Shown here piece by piece: positions 52,718-64,000 of a stretch of DNA of 64,000 nucleotides (the first letter of the stretch is position 1; each line of letters opens with the position of its first letter). Both the position numbers and the translations under genes were made by a program. The notes beneath the pieces are model-generated. The model was not told the origin of the DNA, did not search any database, and saw nothing but the letters and a program-made list of their open reading frames with translations. Source of the stretch: Octopus vulgaris (taxonomy: Eukaryota); NCBI GenBank assembly GCA_951406725.2, contig OX597828.1, positions 48,794,001 to 48,858,000 of the forward strand, written 5' to 3'.

Positions 52718-53005
52718 AATATATATATATATACGATCAGATGTGTGTGTATGTATGTGTGTGTGGAGGGTGTCAGCATCATGATCGTAAGATTGTGGTT
52801 TCGATTCCTGGACCGGGCGACGCGTTGTGTTCTTCAGCAAAACACTTCATTTCATGTTGCTCCAGTCCACTCAGCTCGCAAAAGTGAGTAACGTTGTGAT
52901 GGACTGGCATTCCGGCCAGCTGGGAGACACACACGCCAATGAAACGAGGAACCCGAGCCCATGGGTCTGGCTAGGCTTTAAAAGGGCGCATTTATTTTAT
53001 ATATA

Positions 53006-55092
53006 TCTCTTATTATAAAAGGCAGATTTTATCTGCCTCCCTTTGGGAGTTATAGAAATCTACAATATAGGATTTCTTCAATTACAATTTACCTAGCATT
53101 TTTAAGAGTACAATGCATCGCGTCATGCCAGGTCCAGTTTTTAAAATTTAAACTCCAATTAAGCAAAATTTACAGAAAACTCACATTCTGGTGTGTGTGT
53201 CAAATGCTTTTCTTAGTCTGGTTTACACCACACGCAAACGCACACACACAGTGGGCAATGAATAAACTGAAACTAATTCACTGTGTGTTGACAGGTAGAA
53301 AATAGAATGCGATGGCGATGGCTATGGCGATGGCGATGGCTATGGCGATGGCGATGTAATATTTGTTTCTCTCTATGACGCTCATAAAAGCATTGATGTA
53401 CATGTGTGCGTGCGTGAGTGTGTGTGTGTCATTCCTCACACACACGCATACACATACATATATGAGAGTGGCAAACACAAACGTTTCAAACAACTACATA
53501 CAAACACGTGTGTGTTTGTTATTAGTAAAAAAAGGCGCCAAAACACAACTCACTTATCATTCCAACACATTTGCAAAGACACACGGACGGTCGAATAACA
53601 ATACAGAAAAGGTAAATTGGTTTTTATTTTACTCTGTATATATTTTATTATATAATATTATATATAGATATATGTATATATAATTGCAGTATGAAACAGT
53701 GTTTATGTATAAACAGACGACACTTATATATAGTTATTAATAAATGTATGCATCCGTTTAACCCTTTCGTTACCAAACCGCCCGAAAAAAATTTTGGTTA
53801 ATGTGACCAAGCCGCCCGAATTTACCTATTCATATTTAAATGAGAATATCAGAGTAAATCTCTTTAGAACATTCGTGAAAACACGTATTATACTTCGTAA
53901 ACAGTTCAACTACAGTTTTGTACAAAAATCGAAGTGTAATTTTAATTCCGTGAATTATGGGAGATTTTTTTCCGAAATTTGTTCCTATTGTGTTTTCAAA
54001 ATTTGTAATTCTGACAAAAAATGGATACGAATTTCATTATATCAAGCAGCGAGTCAGAATTCGAAGGATTTTCTACTGAAGACCTTCATAAATCTAACTC
54101 TATGACTGAAAAAAAAAGCATGTGGTATTTGATCTCAACCTAAACAAAGCGAAAGAAACGATAGTTTGTTATTTCCCACAACCTTAAATGAAATTAAGGC
54201 CTATTTTGCCATAAATATTATTATGGGTATTAGAAAGTTACCCAGAATAACAAATTCTATCGTAAAATTTTGTTGTATACCCAATTGAATATTAGCTAAT
54301 AACCCATCTTCTATAGCGATGTTTGAACAAAATTTTAATAATTTTATATATTGTTGAATTTACCTGTATCTACCTGCAATTAGAGTCACTTTGTGACAAA
54401 AATTATAGTATAGAATTGGTTGAGAACATTTCACTAAATTATCTTCCAAAAATCAGATTAATATATTCATAAATAAAAAAGTTATAGTTGTTTAATGAAA
54501 CCAGACTAAATTTATGATTACGTTAGAAATTAATTGAAACACATAAGGGGTGTATTTTGGTCAGAAATATAGTAACGAAAGGGTTAAGAAAAACCAAAAA
54601 ATATTTTATTCTTTGTAAATGTTGTGTTCAAAATAACATTTTCTTTTAAGAATGTGTATATAACAAAGTATGTGTATATAACTACGTGGCTTATATCTTT
54701 ATATATAAGAGTGAAGTTGTGTGTCTGTCTCCTACGATTTAGATTCGTAACTACTCCCACATTTTGCGGTGTAGTTTAACCAAAAGCGGGTATCTTATAG
54801 TCGTGATTCATATCGAGCCCTTCTGGGTATTAGCGCGCGTCTACGATGAGTCTACGATTTAAAAAAAATTTACCATCATATTTTTCCATTTTAATGCATA
54901 TTTTTCGTTATTATATAAGGGAAGTAACTCTCTAAAAATATCTACGATGTGTCAACGATTTAAAAAAAAATTACCTTAATTTTTTTTCAATTTTTAATGC
55001 ATTTTTTTGCTATTTTTTGGCTATAACTCTCTAAAAATGCTTATATAGTTATTTCCCTTACAAACCCGAGCAACGCCGGGCGATACTGCTAG
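53006..55092 (+). mobile_element. Helitron HB, copy 3 (2087 bp), containing a complete piggyBac-derived element and an inner Helitron 5' end at about 54696
   Basis: A^TCtcttattataaaaggcag ... gggcgatactgCTAG^T; shares modules with copies 1 and 2. Confidence 0.85.
53762..54583 (+). mobile_element. Internally deleted piggyBac element (822 bp) nested in the Helitron
   Basis: TTAA at 53758-53761 and 54584-54587; TIRs ccctttcgttac / gtaacgaaaggg; transposase remnants MDTNFIISSSESEFEGFSTED and FPTTLNEIKAYFAINIIMGIRKLPRI (about 54172-54250). Confidence 0.85.
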
Positions 55093-55126
55093 TATATATA
55101 TAAAGCAATAAAGATATCCAAGGTAG

Positions 55127-55214
55127 TGTAGTACAATCGTTTCATGCTACTTCATTTAATTAATCAATGTAAGTATTACATCAGTTTTAAAATGTAGAGC
55201 ATTCTTCAGCCACA
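55127..55214 (-). ncRNA. Minimal type I hammerhead ribozyme, homologous to 45443-45528
   Basis: tgtgg-CTGAAGA-atgct[long loop]agcat-GAAA-cgattg-TA-ctaca: stem I 5 bp (one GU), stem II 5 bp, GUA site. Confidence 0.75.
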
Positions 55215-56497
55215 TATAGAATTTTTTTAATTAAATAGACAATGTTCATTTTTATACTTATTCCATTTGCCAACATTACAAAGAGGGTAGATATATAGAC
55301 AGAGAGGTTGTTTGGAAGCAACCACGTCTGCGTTTATATGTATTTATATTATAAATATACTATGTGTATTTGCATACTTACCCATACATATACACATATA
55401 CATATATAAGTCTTTGTGATTTAGCGGTTCGACACAAAAGACCGATAGAATAAGTACCAGTCTTAAAATAAGACTAAACTCTTCAAGGCAGTGTCCCAAC
55501 ATGACTGCAGTCCAATGACTGAAGCAATCAACGGATAAAAGCTAAGGATGTACATACATACACACAGACACACAAACACCCATTCACACACACATATAAC
55601 ATTTTTACTCGTTTTTTTCTTTTATTTCTCTCACAGCTAGGCTTTCCAGTATACTTATCACTGCTATTGATTTTTAATGGCTTTGCGGGGTGACTGGGGA
55701 AACGTAAAGATGTGCACGACCACCCTTGGACGGTTTTGAATGACCATAGAAAGTGCGAGCCCTCTAACTGAAAAATTGTAAATTTGCATAAAGGACACGC
55801 ACGCAGACATTTTGCCGTTTATATATAGAGAGATGTATACGGGCGACAGCGCTAAGCAATGATGTAGAGAAATACAAACTTGTGACCAGTTCAAATATGC
55901 CTGAAGTATATTCGAAGCCATAAGGAAGTCGTACACTGCATTTTGTCATGGAAAAAATTTCTCGTTGTATGTAAACACATACAGCCATTTCATAGCGTCC
56001 ACTGATCAGACTGTTAGGTGCCTATATTTCGGAGTTGTTATTTTCTCTTTAGTAACAGAAACCGGAAAGACAAACGTTGCGAACTGACGCGAGAGACAGG
56101 TCCCTCCTATGATATTCCCATCATCGTTCAATAACTGGTTGCACAATTCAGCGGCTCGATATGTATGTATGTATGTTATGTATGTATATATGTTATGTAT
56201 GTATGTTATGTATGTATGTATGTTATGTATGTATGTATGTATATATGTTATGTATATATGTTATGTATGTATGTATTTATGTTATGTATGTATGTATATA
56301 TGTTATGTATGTATGTATGTATGTATGTATGTATGTATGTATGTATGTATGTATGCATGTATGTATGTATGTATGTATGTGTGTGTATGTATGCATGTAT
56401 GCATGTATGTATGTATGTATGTATGTATGTATGTTATGTATGTATGTATGTATGTATGCATGTATGCATGTATGCATGTATGTATGTATGTATGTAT

Positions 56498-56935
56498 GTG
56501 CGCTGATTTGTATGCTTTGCTTTATGCTGTTACACTTCCAGATGGGAAGGGTCTTCATATGATGCTGACATGCAGAGTCTGTGCAAGACCCTGCCTCAGT
56601 AAAGCTGGACTCAAGAGTCATCTTCGTAGTCATAAAGCCAGACAGATGAGTGACAACCTGGCCACTGGTGGTGGTGTAACACACCATACTAATCATATCT
56701 GTCGGGCATGTGGAAGAGAGTGTAATTCGGCAGGAGGACTTAAACGACATGTAAAGGTACATGAAGCCCAGTTACAACTACAGCCGGCTAATACCGGTAA
56801 AGGTTTTAGCTGCCAATCCTGTACAAGACATTGTAGATTTTTAGCTGGGCTAAAAAGTCACATTCGATCACAGCACCAATAACAGTTAAGCCTCGTGCAA
56901 TGGCCATACTCGATAACGAGGGGGCAGCCATAATA
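56498..56935 (+). mobile_element. 3' end of an RTE-like LINE encoding three C2H2 fingers, embedded in (ATGT)n
   Basis: CRVCARPCLSKAGLKSHLRSH, CRACGRECNSAGGLKRHVKVH, CQSCTRHCRFLAGLKSHIRSQH, stop at 56882; CxxCxRxCxSxxGLxSHxRxH resembles RTE C-termini; no TGEKP linkers; duplicated at 25077. Confidence 0.7.
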
Positions 56936-58312
56936 ATTATGTATGTATGTATATATGTATGTATGTATGTATGTTTTGCTTTATGCATTCTCATGCATAT
57001 AGTTGCATATCTAGGCATGCTATGTATGTATGTATGTATGTATGTATGTATGTATGTATGTTGTATGTATGTATGTATGTATGTATGTATGTATTTATGT
57101 ATGCATGTATGTATGTATGTATGTATGCATGTATGTATGTATGTATGTATGTGTGTATGTATGCATGTATGTATGTATGTATTTATGTATGCATGTATGT
57201 ATGTATGTATGTATGCATGTATGTATGCATGTATGTATGTATGTATGTATGTATGTATGTATGTATGTATGTATGTATGTATGTATTTATGTATGCATGT
57301 ATGTATGTATGTATGTATGTATGTATTATGTATGTATGTATGTATGTATGTATGTAGGCACACAAACACGAGAACAGAGTGTAACAGAACCAAGTCGCAG
57401 ACAAAATGCCAATCTTGTGGTATGTTGCACAAGTGTGCTTATCTATAGTTATGATCACTGAAGCATTGAACGTGAAATTCCAAATACAGAAATTATATGA
57501 AAGCCCCCTTAGACGAATGTACCCGTAATTAAAAGGACTGGCCTTTTCACACACTCTGCTAGTTGTAGCGTAGCCGAGGATTAAATCATAGGTCTTAGGC
57601 CCAAATTACGTTATTATTTAATGTGTAACTCAACAAGAAAACCGCATCGCTGCATACAAAGTAGACAAGGGTTAATGTCAGGAAGGGCATCCATCTGTTA
57701 AACACCGCATCCATATTGCATTCGTCTAACTCATGCAAGCGTAGAAAAATGGACGTAAAACGAACGAATGATTCGTTTGGTCGGTGTTCCAGTATGGTCG
57801 CAGTCAAATGACTGAGACAAGTAAAACAAGTATAAAAAAAACCAGTCTCTCTGAATCACTGTTTATGTTTACCCGTGTACCCGTATGTATGTGTTTATAT
57901 GTGTCATAAACACGTGTACGCAGCTGATTGTCTATTCACATCAACGCTCGGGTATGTGTGATAGCGTGTATGTGTCTGTTCCATGTTTCTATATTTTTAT
58001 GTGCATATGTGTATATCTGTATGTATGTGTATATATATGTGATATACATGTGATGACAAGCGCATATCTACGAGGGCTTCTTATGCTTTCTTTACAAACA
58101 GCAGCCAAATCTCCCTCAAATCATCACACGCTAGTCTTAAAGACATTGACACTTAAAACGATATACCCTTATTTATATATATATATCGCTAAACAGATGA
58201 GACTGGCACGGCCGGAACGCCTTTAATTGTAGAGTCTGTTCGATCAGGGTTGAGCAACTTGCTAAATGACAACTCGGAAAGTACTCATACATATGTATAT
58301 GTACATATGTGT

Positions 58313-58357
<45 letters not shown>

Positions 58358-58479
58358 CGCGCGCGCATGTGTATTTGTTTACATCTGTCGTCTGTTTCTC
58401 AATAGTTTTGCGCTTGCCCGTGAATTTGTGTGTATACACGTGTTCTCTGCTGCCATATACATATATACATACATTCACT

Positions 58480-58513
<34 letters not shown>

Positions 58514-58985
58514 CGCTCCCACACATACATAGACACATGCACACACACACAGACATATAGATAAGGCTTTATATACGTCGTACAAACACGTATATATATA
58601 TATATATACATAGATACACACATGTATATACAAACACATGTTTTATACGCATGTATAAAACATGATTGTGTGCGTATGTGTTTGTGAGTCCGTGCACATT
58701 CGTATGCATGTAATTGTATCTGTAAGCAGACCTTCGATCAGACGCGTTCCAGACGTGACCAACCTGTTTATTTGTCTATAAGGAACCTTACTGTCCAGGG
58801 CCGTTTCTTTTTTTAAAAGCAGTTGAGTATATCTGAGTAAATTTAGCTACTATTTCTAACATGTGGAATGACTACATAGAGGACGCCTCTTTGGTATGCT
58901 TCATGTGTGTGTAGAGAGAGTTGGTTTATCTATGTGAGTGTCTTATAATGTGTGTATGTGTGTATGTGTGTGTGTGTGTGTGTAT

Positions 58986-59023
<38 letters not shown>

Positions 59024-59356
59024 TACAAGAGTGATAGCTTTTCTTGCGCGCGTATATGTGTATATGTTGCGTAAGCTTCACATATGTGCGTAGATATTCG
59101 AGTATGTCTACTATTTATGTGTGAGTGTGACAGAGAGTATGTGTGACCGTATTTGAATGTGAATATGTGCGTGTATCTGTGTGAGAATGTGTGTGTGTGT
59201 ATTTCTTAATATAAGTGTGTGACGGTCTGTATCTGTGTTGCAGTGTGTGCGTGTGCTATTGTGTGTGTACGTGTGCGAGTGGTGAATGTATGTGCCTGAG
59301 TGATAGCGTGTATGTTTGCTATATAGGTGTGTGAGTGAGAGTGGCAGTAATAGAAG

Positions 59357-59391
<35 letters not shown>

Positions 59392-60810
59392 CGTGCTTCA
59401 GTACTTTTATGTTGGAGCAAACCGACGGGGAGGAAGGGAAAAAGAAGAGAAAGAGAAAGAGAGGGATAAGAAGACGGAGAGGGAGAGGCAGTAAAGTGTG
59501 TGCGTGTATGTAGGATATGTAGTGTATGTGTGTATGTGTATGGGAGAGAGAGAGAGGCGAAGCGAAAACTGTGTAAAGAAAGCGTAATACGTACACACAT
59601 ACACACGCATACCTACACATACGTAGAAAGAGGGGAGAGGGAGAGGGAGAAAAAGTGCGCATGAGAGCGAGAGAAAGACAGAGAGAGAGAGAGAGAGAAA
59701 GAGAGAGTGTGTGAGAATGGGAGAAAGAATGAACGAGTGTGAGAAACGAATAGAGCAAGTGTGCGAGGGAATGAAGGAAAGAGACAGAAAGAGAAAGACA
59801 CAAGGAGAGAGAGAGAGAGAGAGATAAATGAATGTCTAAGAAAATAGGAGAAAACGAAGAAGAGTGAGAAAGAGAAAAGAAGAGAAAGAGAGAGAAAGAG
59901 AAATGGGGAGAGAGAGATCAGCTACGGAGCACAAAGAGCCATCAACAGTAGGTGACGAGAGAAAGGAAGGGGAAAAGAAAGTTGAGAAGGTGGTAGGAAG
60001 AGTAGTTAACGAAGACGTGGTAGGACGTTTGGAGAGGAAGGGGAAGGGCGAAGAGAGATAAAGACTGGAGGAGGAGATGAATAAGAGAACGAAGGGTTTT
60101 CCCAACTCTCTATTTCTCGTTTACTCTCTTTAACTCTCCCTCTCTTACTGTCTTACTCCCTTTTTAATCTTCTACTCTCTCTTACTCGCCCATACTCTCT
60201 CTTACTTTCCCATTCTCTCCCTTACGCTCTCACCCTGTATATATCCATCAGTCAGTCCCTCACTCTCTCTCTCACTTTTTCTGCCTCTTTCTCCCCCACT
60301 CTCTCTCTCTCCGTCACTGAAAGAGAAGAGAAGGAAGAGGAACAAGGGGAGGAGGTGGATCAGGGTCACGCGTTGTTGTGGCAATAAATAAATAAATAAT
60401 GGAAGAGAGCAGCCGACACAATTTCTTCAGTGAAAGTCGTCTGGTCGTCGTCGTCGTCGCCATCTTCGACGTCACCCAAGTCTTTTATTAATTTCTTTTA
60501 CTGTTGAAACATTGTGTTAACCGACAATAATTCCATAAACATTGGGAAAATAGAGCTTGATTTATAGATATTGGTAGGAGAAAAGCAAAATTATACGGGT
60601 GTTTTTCTTCTTTTTCTATTATTCATTCCCAGTGTATGATGTGACAGAGTAAGCTCGTGAGTGGTGTCAACTGACTCCACTAAAGATATACATACATACT
60701 TACATACATACATACATACATACATACTATATACATACATACATACATACATACATACATACATACATACATACAAACATGTTTTCAAGTACACTCAAAT
60801 CATACCTACC

Positions 60811-60853
<43 letters not shown>

Positions 60854-60868
60854 AATCCAAACGGGAAA

Positions 60869-60901
<33 letters not shown>

Positions 60902-61536
60902 AACAACAAGGGAACAATTACAGTATTATTATTAATAGGCGCTCAGGAAATGGAAGCAGGAAGGTATGACGTTTCGAGCGGAGCTCTTCGTCGGAAACAT
61001 AAAGAAGGAAGAGAGAGGAAAGAAAGATCCCGGAGCGGGCAACGGAGATAGAGAAAAAAACGGCTGGTGTTAGCAGAAGCACATGGTGAAAGGCGGATGT
61101 TTACGATAACAAGAGCAAAGTGGGTTTTTAAAGGCAAAAGAGTGGAGACAAGGTTGGTAACGCAACAGATGTGTGTGTATGTGTGAGTGTGTGCGTGTGC
61201 GTGTGTGTATGTGTGTGTGTGAGGCGAGGTAAAAAAACAAAAAATATATGTATGTGTTAGTGTGTGCGTCTGTGTGTAGGCGTGTGAGGTAGGGCGAGAC
61301 GGTGGTCAGCATAGCAGCAGCATAGCAGACAAAGGTCAGTAGTGAGAAAAGGGAGGAAGGAGGAAGGGAGGGAGGGGAAGGGGTGGGGGCGTATGTAGCG
61401 TGCCAGCGTGTGTTGAGTGGTAGTGTGTGTGTGTGTCCAGTGTCGTGGTAGTATTAGTGGCGAGTAGATTGAATGTGTGTAAGAGTGAGGTATATGTTTA
61501 AGCAATGTGTGTATATGTGTGCGCGTGTGTGTAACG

Positions 61537-61572
<36 letters not shown>

Positions 61573-61739
61573 GGGTTGGAAAAGGACTCCAGCGGAGGGG
61601 AAGATGGAGGAGTGGTCCCGCGGAGACGGGCGTGGGAAAACCCAACGACACGCGACATCCCAGGAACGGGCGGGAGGTCTCGTCGGATCCAAGGGCGAGG
61701 TGCATGCGGGCGCATGCGTGCGCGAACCGGCGCAAACGC

Positions 61740-63900
61740 GTGTGTGCGCGAGCCTGCGAGTGTGCGCGTACGTATGTGTGCGTGTGGATGTGTGAGTGTG
61801 TCTGTGTGTATGTCTGGGTGGCAGTGTGTCCGATGAATGTATGTGTGTATATATGTGTGTGCATAGATGTATGTCCGTGTGTGTGTGTGTGTGTGTATGT
61901 GTGTATGAGTGTGTATGTATGTACGTGTGGGTGTGGGGAAGTGTGTGTATGTGCATGTGTGTGCGCGAACATACAGGTGTGTGAGTGAGTGCGTGTGTGT
62001 GTATGTATGTGTGAGTGTGTATGTATGTGTGTGTAGGATGCATGTATGTGTATGGGTGTATGTATGCGTGTGTGTATGTATGTATGTGTACGTGCGTGTG
62101 TGTGTGTGTATGCGTGTAGGTGTGCGCGTGCGCATGCGTGCATGTATGTGCATGTATGTGCGTATGTGTGTGTGTGTGGGTATATATGTGTGTGCGTATA
62201 TGTGTGTGTATGTGCGTACATGTGTGTGTGTGTGCATGTGTGTGTGTAGGTGTGTAGGCGTGTGTGTATAGGTGTATGTATGTAAGTATGTATGGGTGTG
62301 TCCGTGTATGTGTGTATGTATGTGTGTGTATGTAGCTGTGTGGGCGTGTGTATATGTGTGTGTATGTAGGTGTGTAGGCGTGTGTATATAGGTGTATGTA
62401 TGTATGTCTGGGTGTGTCCGTGCATGTTTGTGTGTGTGTGTGTGTGCATGTGTATGTAGGTGTGTGTGTACGTGTGTAATGTATGTGTGTATGCGTGTGT
62501 ATGCGTGCGTGTGTGTATGTAGGTGCGTGTGTATGTGTGTGGGAGTGTAGGTGTGTGTGTGCGTGTGCGTGTTTATGTTGGTGTGTGCGTATGTGAGTGT
62601 GAGTGTATGAGTGTTTGTCATGCATGTGTGTGCGCGTGCAAGTGAGTGTGTGTGTAAGTATGTGTGTGTGTATGTTTGTGTGAGTGTGTATGTGTGTATG
62701 TCTGTGTGTATGTATGTGCGTATAGGAGTATGTAGGTATGTGTGTGTGTATGTATATGGGTGTATGTATGTGTGTGTGTGTGCATGTGTATAAGTATATG
62801 CGTGTGTGCGTATGTGTGTGTATGTGTATGTGTGTGTGTTTATGTATGTGTGTGTATGTATGTGTGTAGGCGTGAGTGTGTAGATGTATGTATGTATGGG
62901 TGTGTGTCAGTGTGTGTCAGTGTGTGTTTGTGTGTGTGTGTGTAGGTAGATGTGTGTGTCTGAGTGAGGGTATGGCTGTGTAGGTGTGTGTGTGTATGAA
63001 TGTAAGTGTGTGCGTATACAAGTGTAATGTATGTATGTGGGTGTGTGTGTGTGTGTATGTGTAAGTGTGCGTGTGTATGTGTGTGTGTGTATGCGTGTGA
63101 GTGTGGGTGTATGGGTGTATGTCTGTGTGTGTGTATGTCTGAAGTGGGTATGTGTGTGTATGTATGTATGTGTGTGTGTGTGCGGGTATGTGTGTGTGTG
63201 TATGTGTGTGTGTGAGTAGGTGTGCGTGTATGTATGTGGGTAGGGATGCATGCGAGTGTGTGGGTATGTATGCAAACATACGCAAGCACACATCCGAAGC
63301 AAGCCCACACACACGAAGCGCGCTCACGCACACAACGCACAAGCAGTGCAACGCAAGCCCAAAGGGGCCGACCGAGCCCCCAGCGCGCGCCAAGGCGCGC
63401 GAGCGCAAAGGCCCTCGAACGCCCCGCTACGCGGGAACCGAGGATCCATCAGCCAAAACCGGAAAGCAGAAAAGAGGGGGGCTGCCTGGATGCAAAAAGG
63501 TGTATGTGTGTGTGCATTCAGTGTACGGGTGTGCATGTGTGGGTATGTATGTATGTATGTGCCTACATGTATGTGTGCATGTGTGTGTGTGTGAGGTATG
63601 TACGTGCGGTGTGTGTGTGTGAGTGTGTGTGTATGTATGTGCGTATGTATGTGTGTGTGTATGTGTGTATGTATGTCTGTGTGTGTGTGTGTGTGTAAGT
63701 ATGTATGCGTGTGTGTATGTATGTGTGTGTGTATGTGCATGTGTGTCTGTAAGTGTGTGTGATTAAATGTGTGAATGTATGTACGTAGATGGGTCTACGT
63801 ATGTGTGTGTGTGAACAGGCGTGTGGGAGGTAGGTAGGTGGGTGGGAGGTAGGTGGGTGGGAGGTAGGTGGGTGGGTGTGTGTGGGTGGTGTGTCCGGAA
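61740..63900. repeat. Long degenerate (TG/TA)n cryptic microsatellite field
   Basis: About 2 kb of alternating purine-pyrimidine sequence. Confidence 0.9.
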
Positions 63901-64000
63901 AAAAAAAAAAAAAAAAAAAAAACGGTCTCAAGAGGAGGGGGCTGTGTTAAGTCCGTGTGGGGTGGTAGTTTGTAGGGTGAAGATGTAGCGTTGCTCCAAG

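Noticed and set aside
56109-56882. 257-aa ORF as a host C2H2 zinc-finger gene
   Set aside because: N-terminal half is (ATGT)n; fingers lack TGEKP linkers; the 3' end is duplicated at 25077 like a retroelement
61257-62625. His/Thr-rich ORFs of 331-454 aa
   Set aside because: Stop-poor (CA/TA)n sequence, open in several frames

Overview
AT-rich, microsatellite-saturated eukaryotic DNA. The repeat complement (three abundant tRNA-headed SINE families plus (TA)n, (CA)n, (GATA)n, (ATGT)n and (TAA)n tracts) looks like a coleoid cephalopod, most likely Octopus; this is an inference from repeat families, not a database match. Almost all ORFs in the supplied track are translations of microsatellites or SINEs. 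No complete host gene is visible. The only host-gene candidate is a minus-strand promoter, 5' UTR and first coding exon at about 46.7-48.0 kb, which would make most of 1-46.7 kb intronic. Recognisable mobile DNA: about 30 SINE copies; a 3' fragment of a non-LTR element with a restriction-like endonuclease; Penelope-like relics (GIY-YIG remnant, inverted pseudo-LTRs); a Tx1/L1-type apurinic endonuclease relic; two RTE-like 3' ends encoding C2H2 fingers; an internally deleted mariner; a decayed Chapaev-like transposase; piggyBac-type MITEs; two non-autonomous Helitron families, one carrying a piggyBac element; and a 5S rRNA 3' fragment. Most notable: (i) several minimal type I hammerhead ribozyme folds with palindromic stem III, at least two with intact cores and covarying stems, in short elements that often abut (TA)n; (ii) a modular Helitron that captured a piggyBac and appears to have gained a new 3' end by insertion of a short Helitron at an AT site; (iii) apparent partitioning of different microsatellites among different retroelement families.
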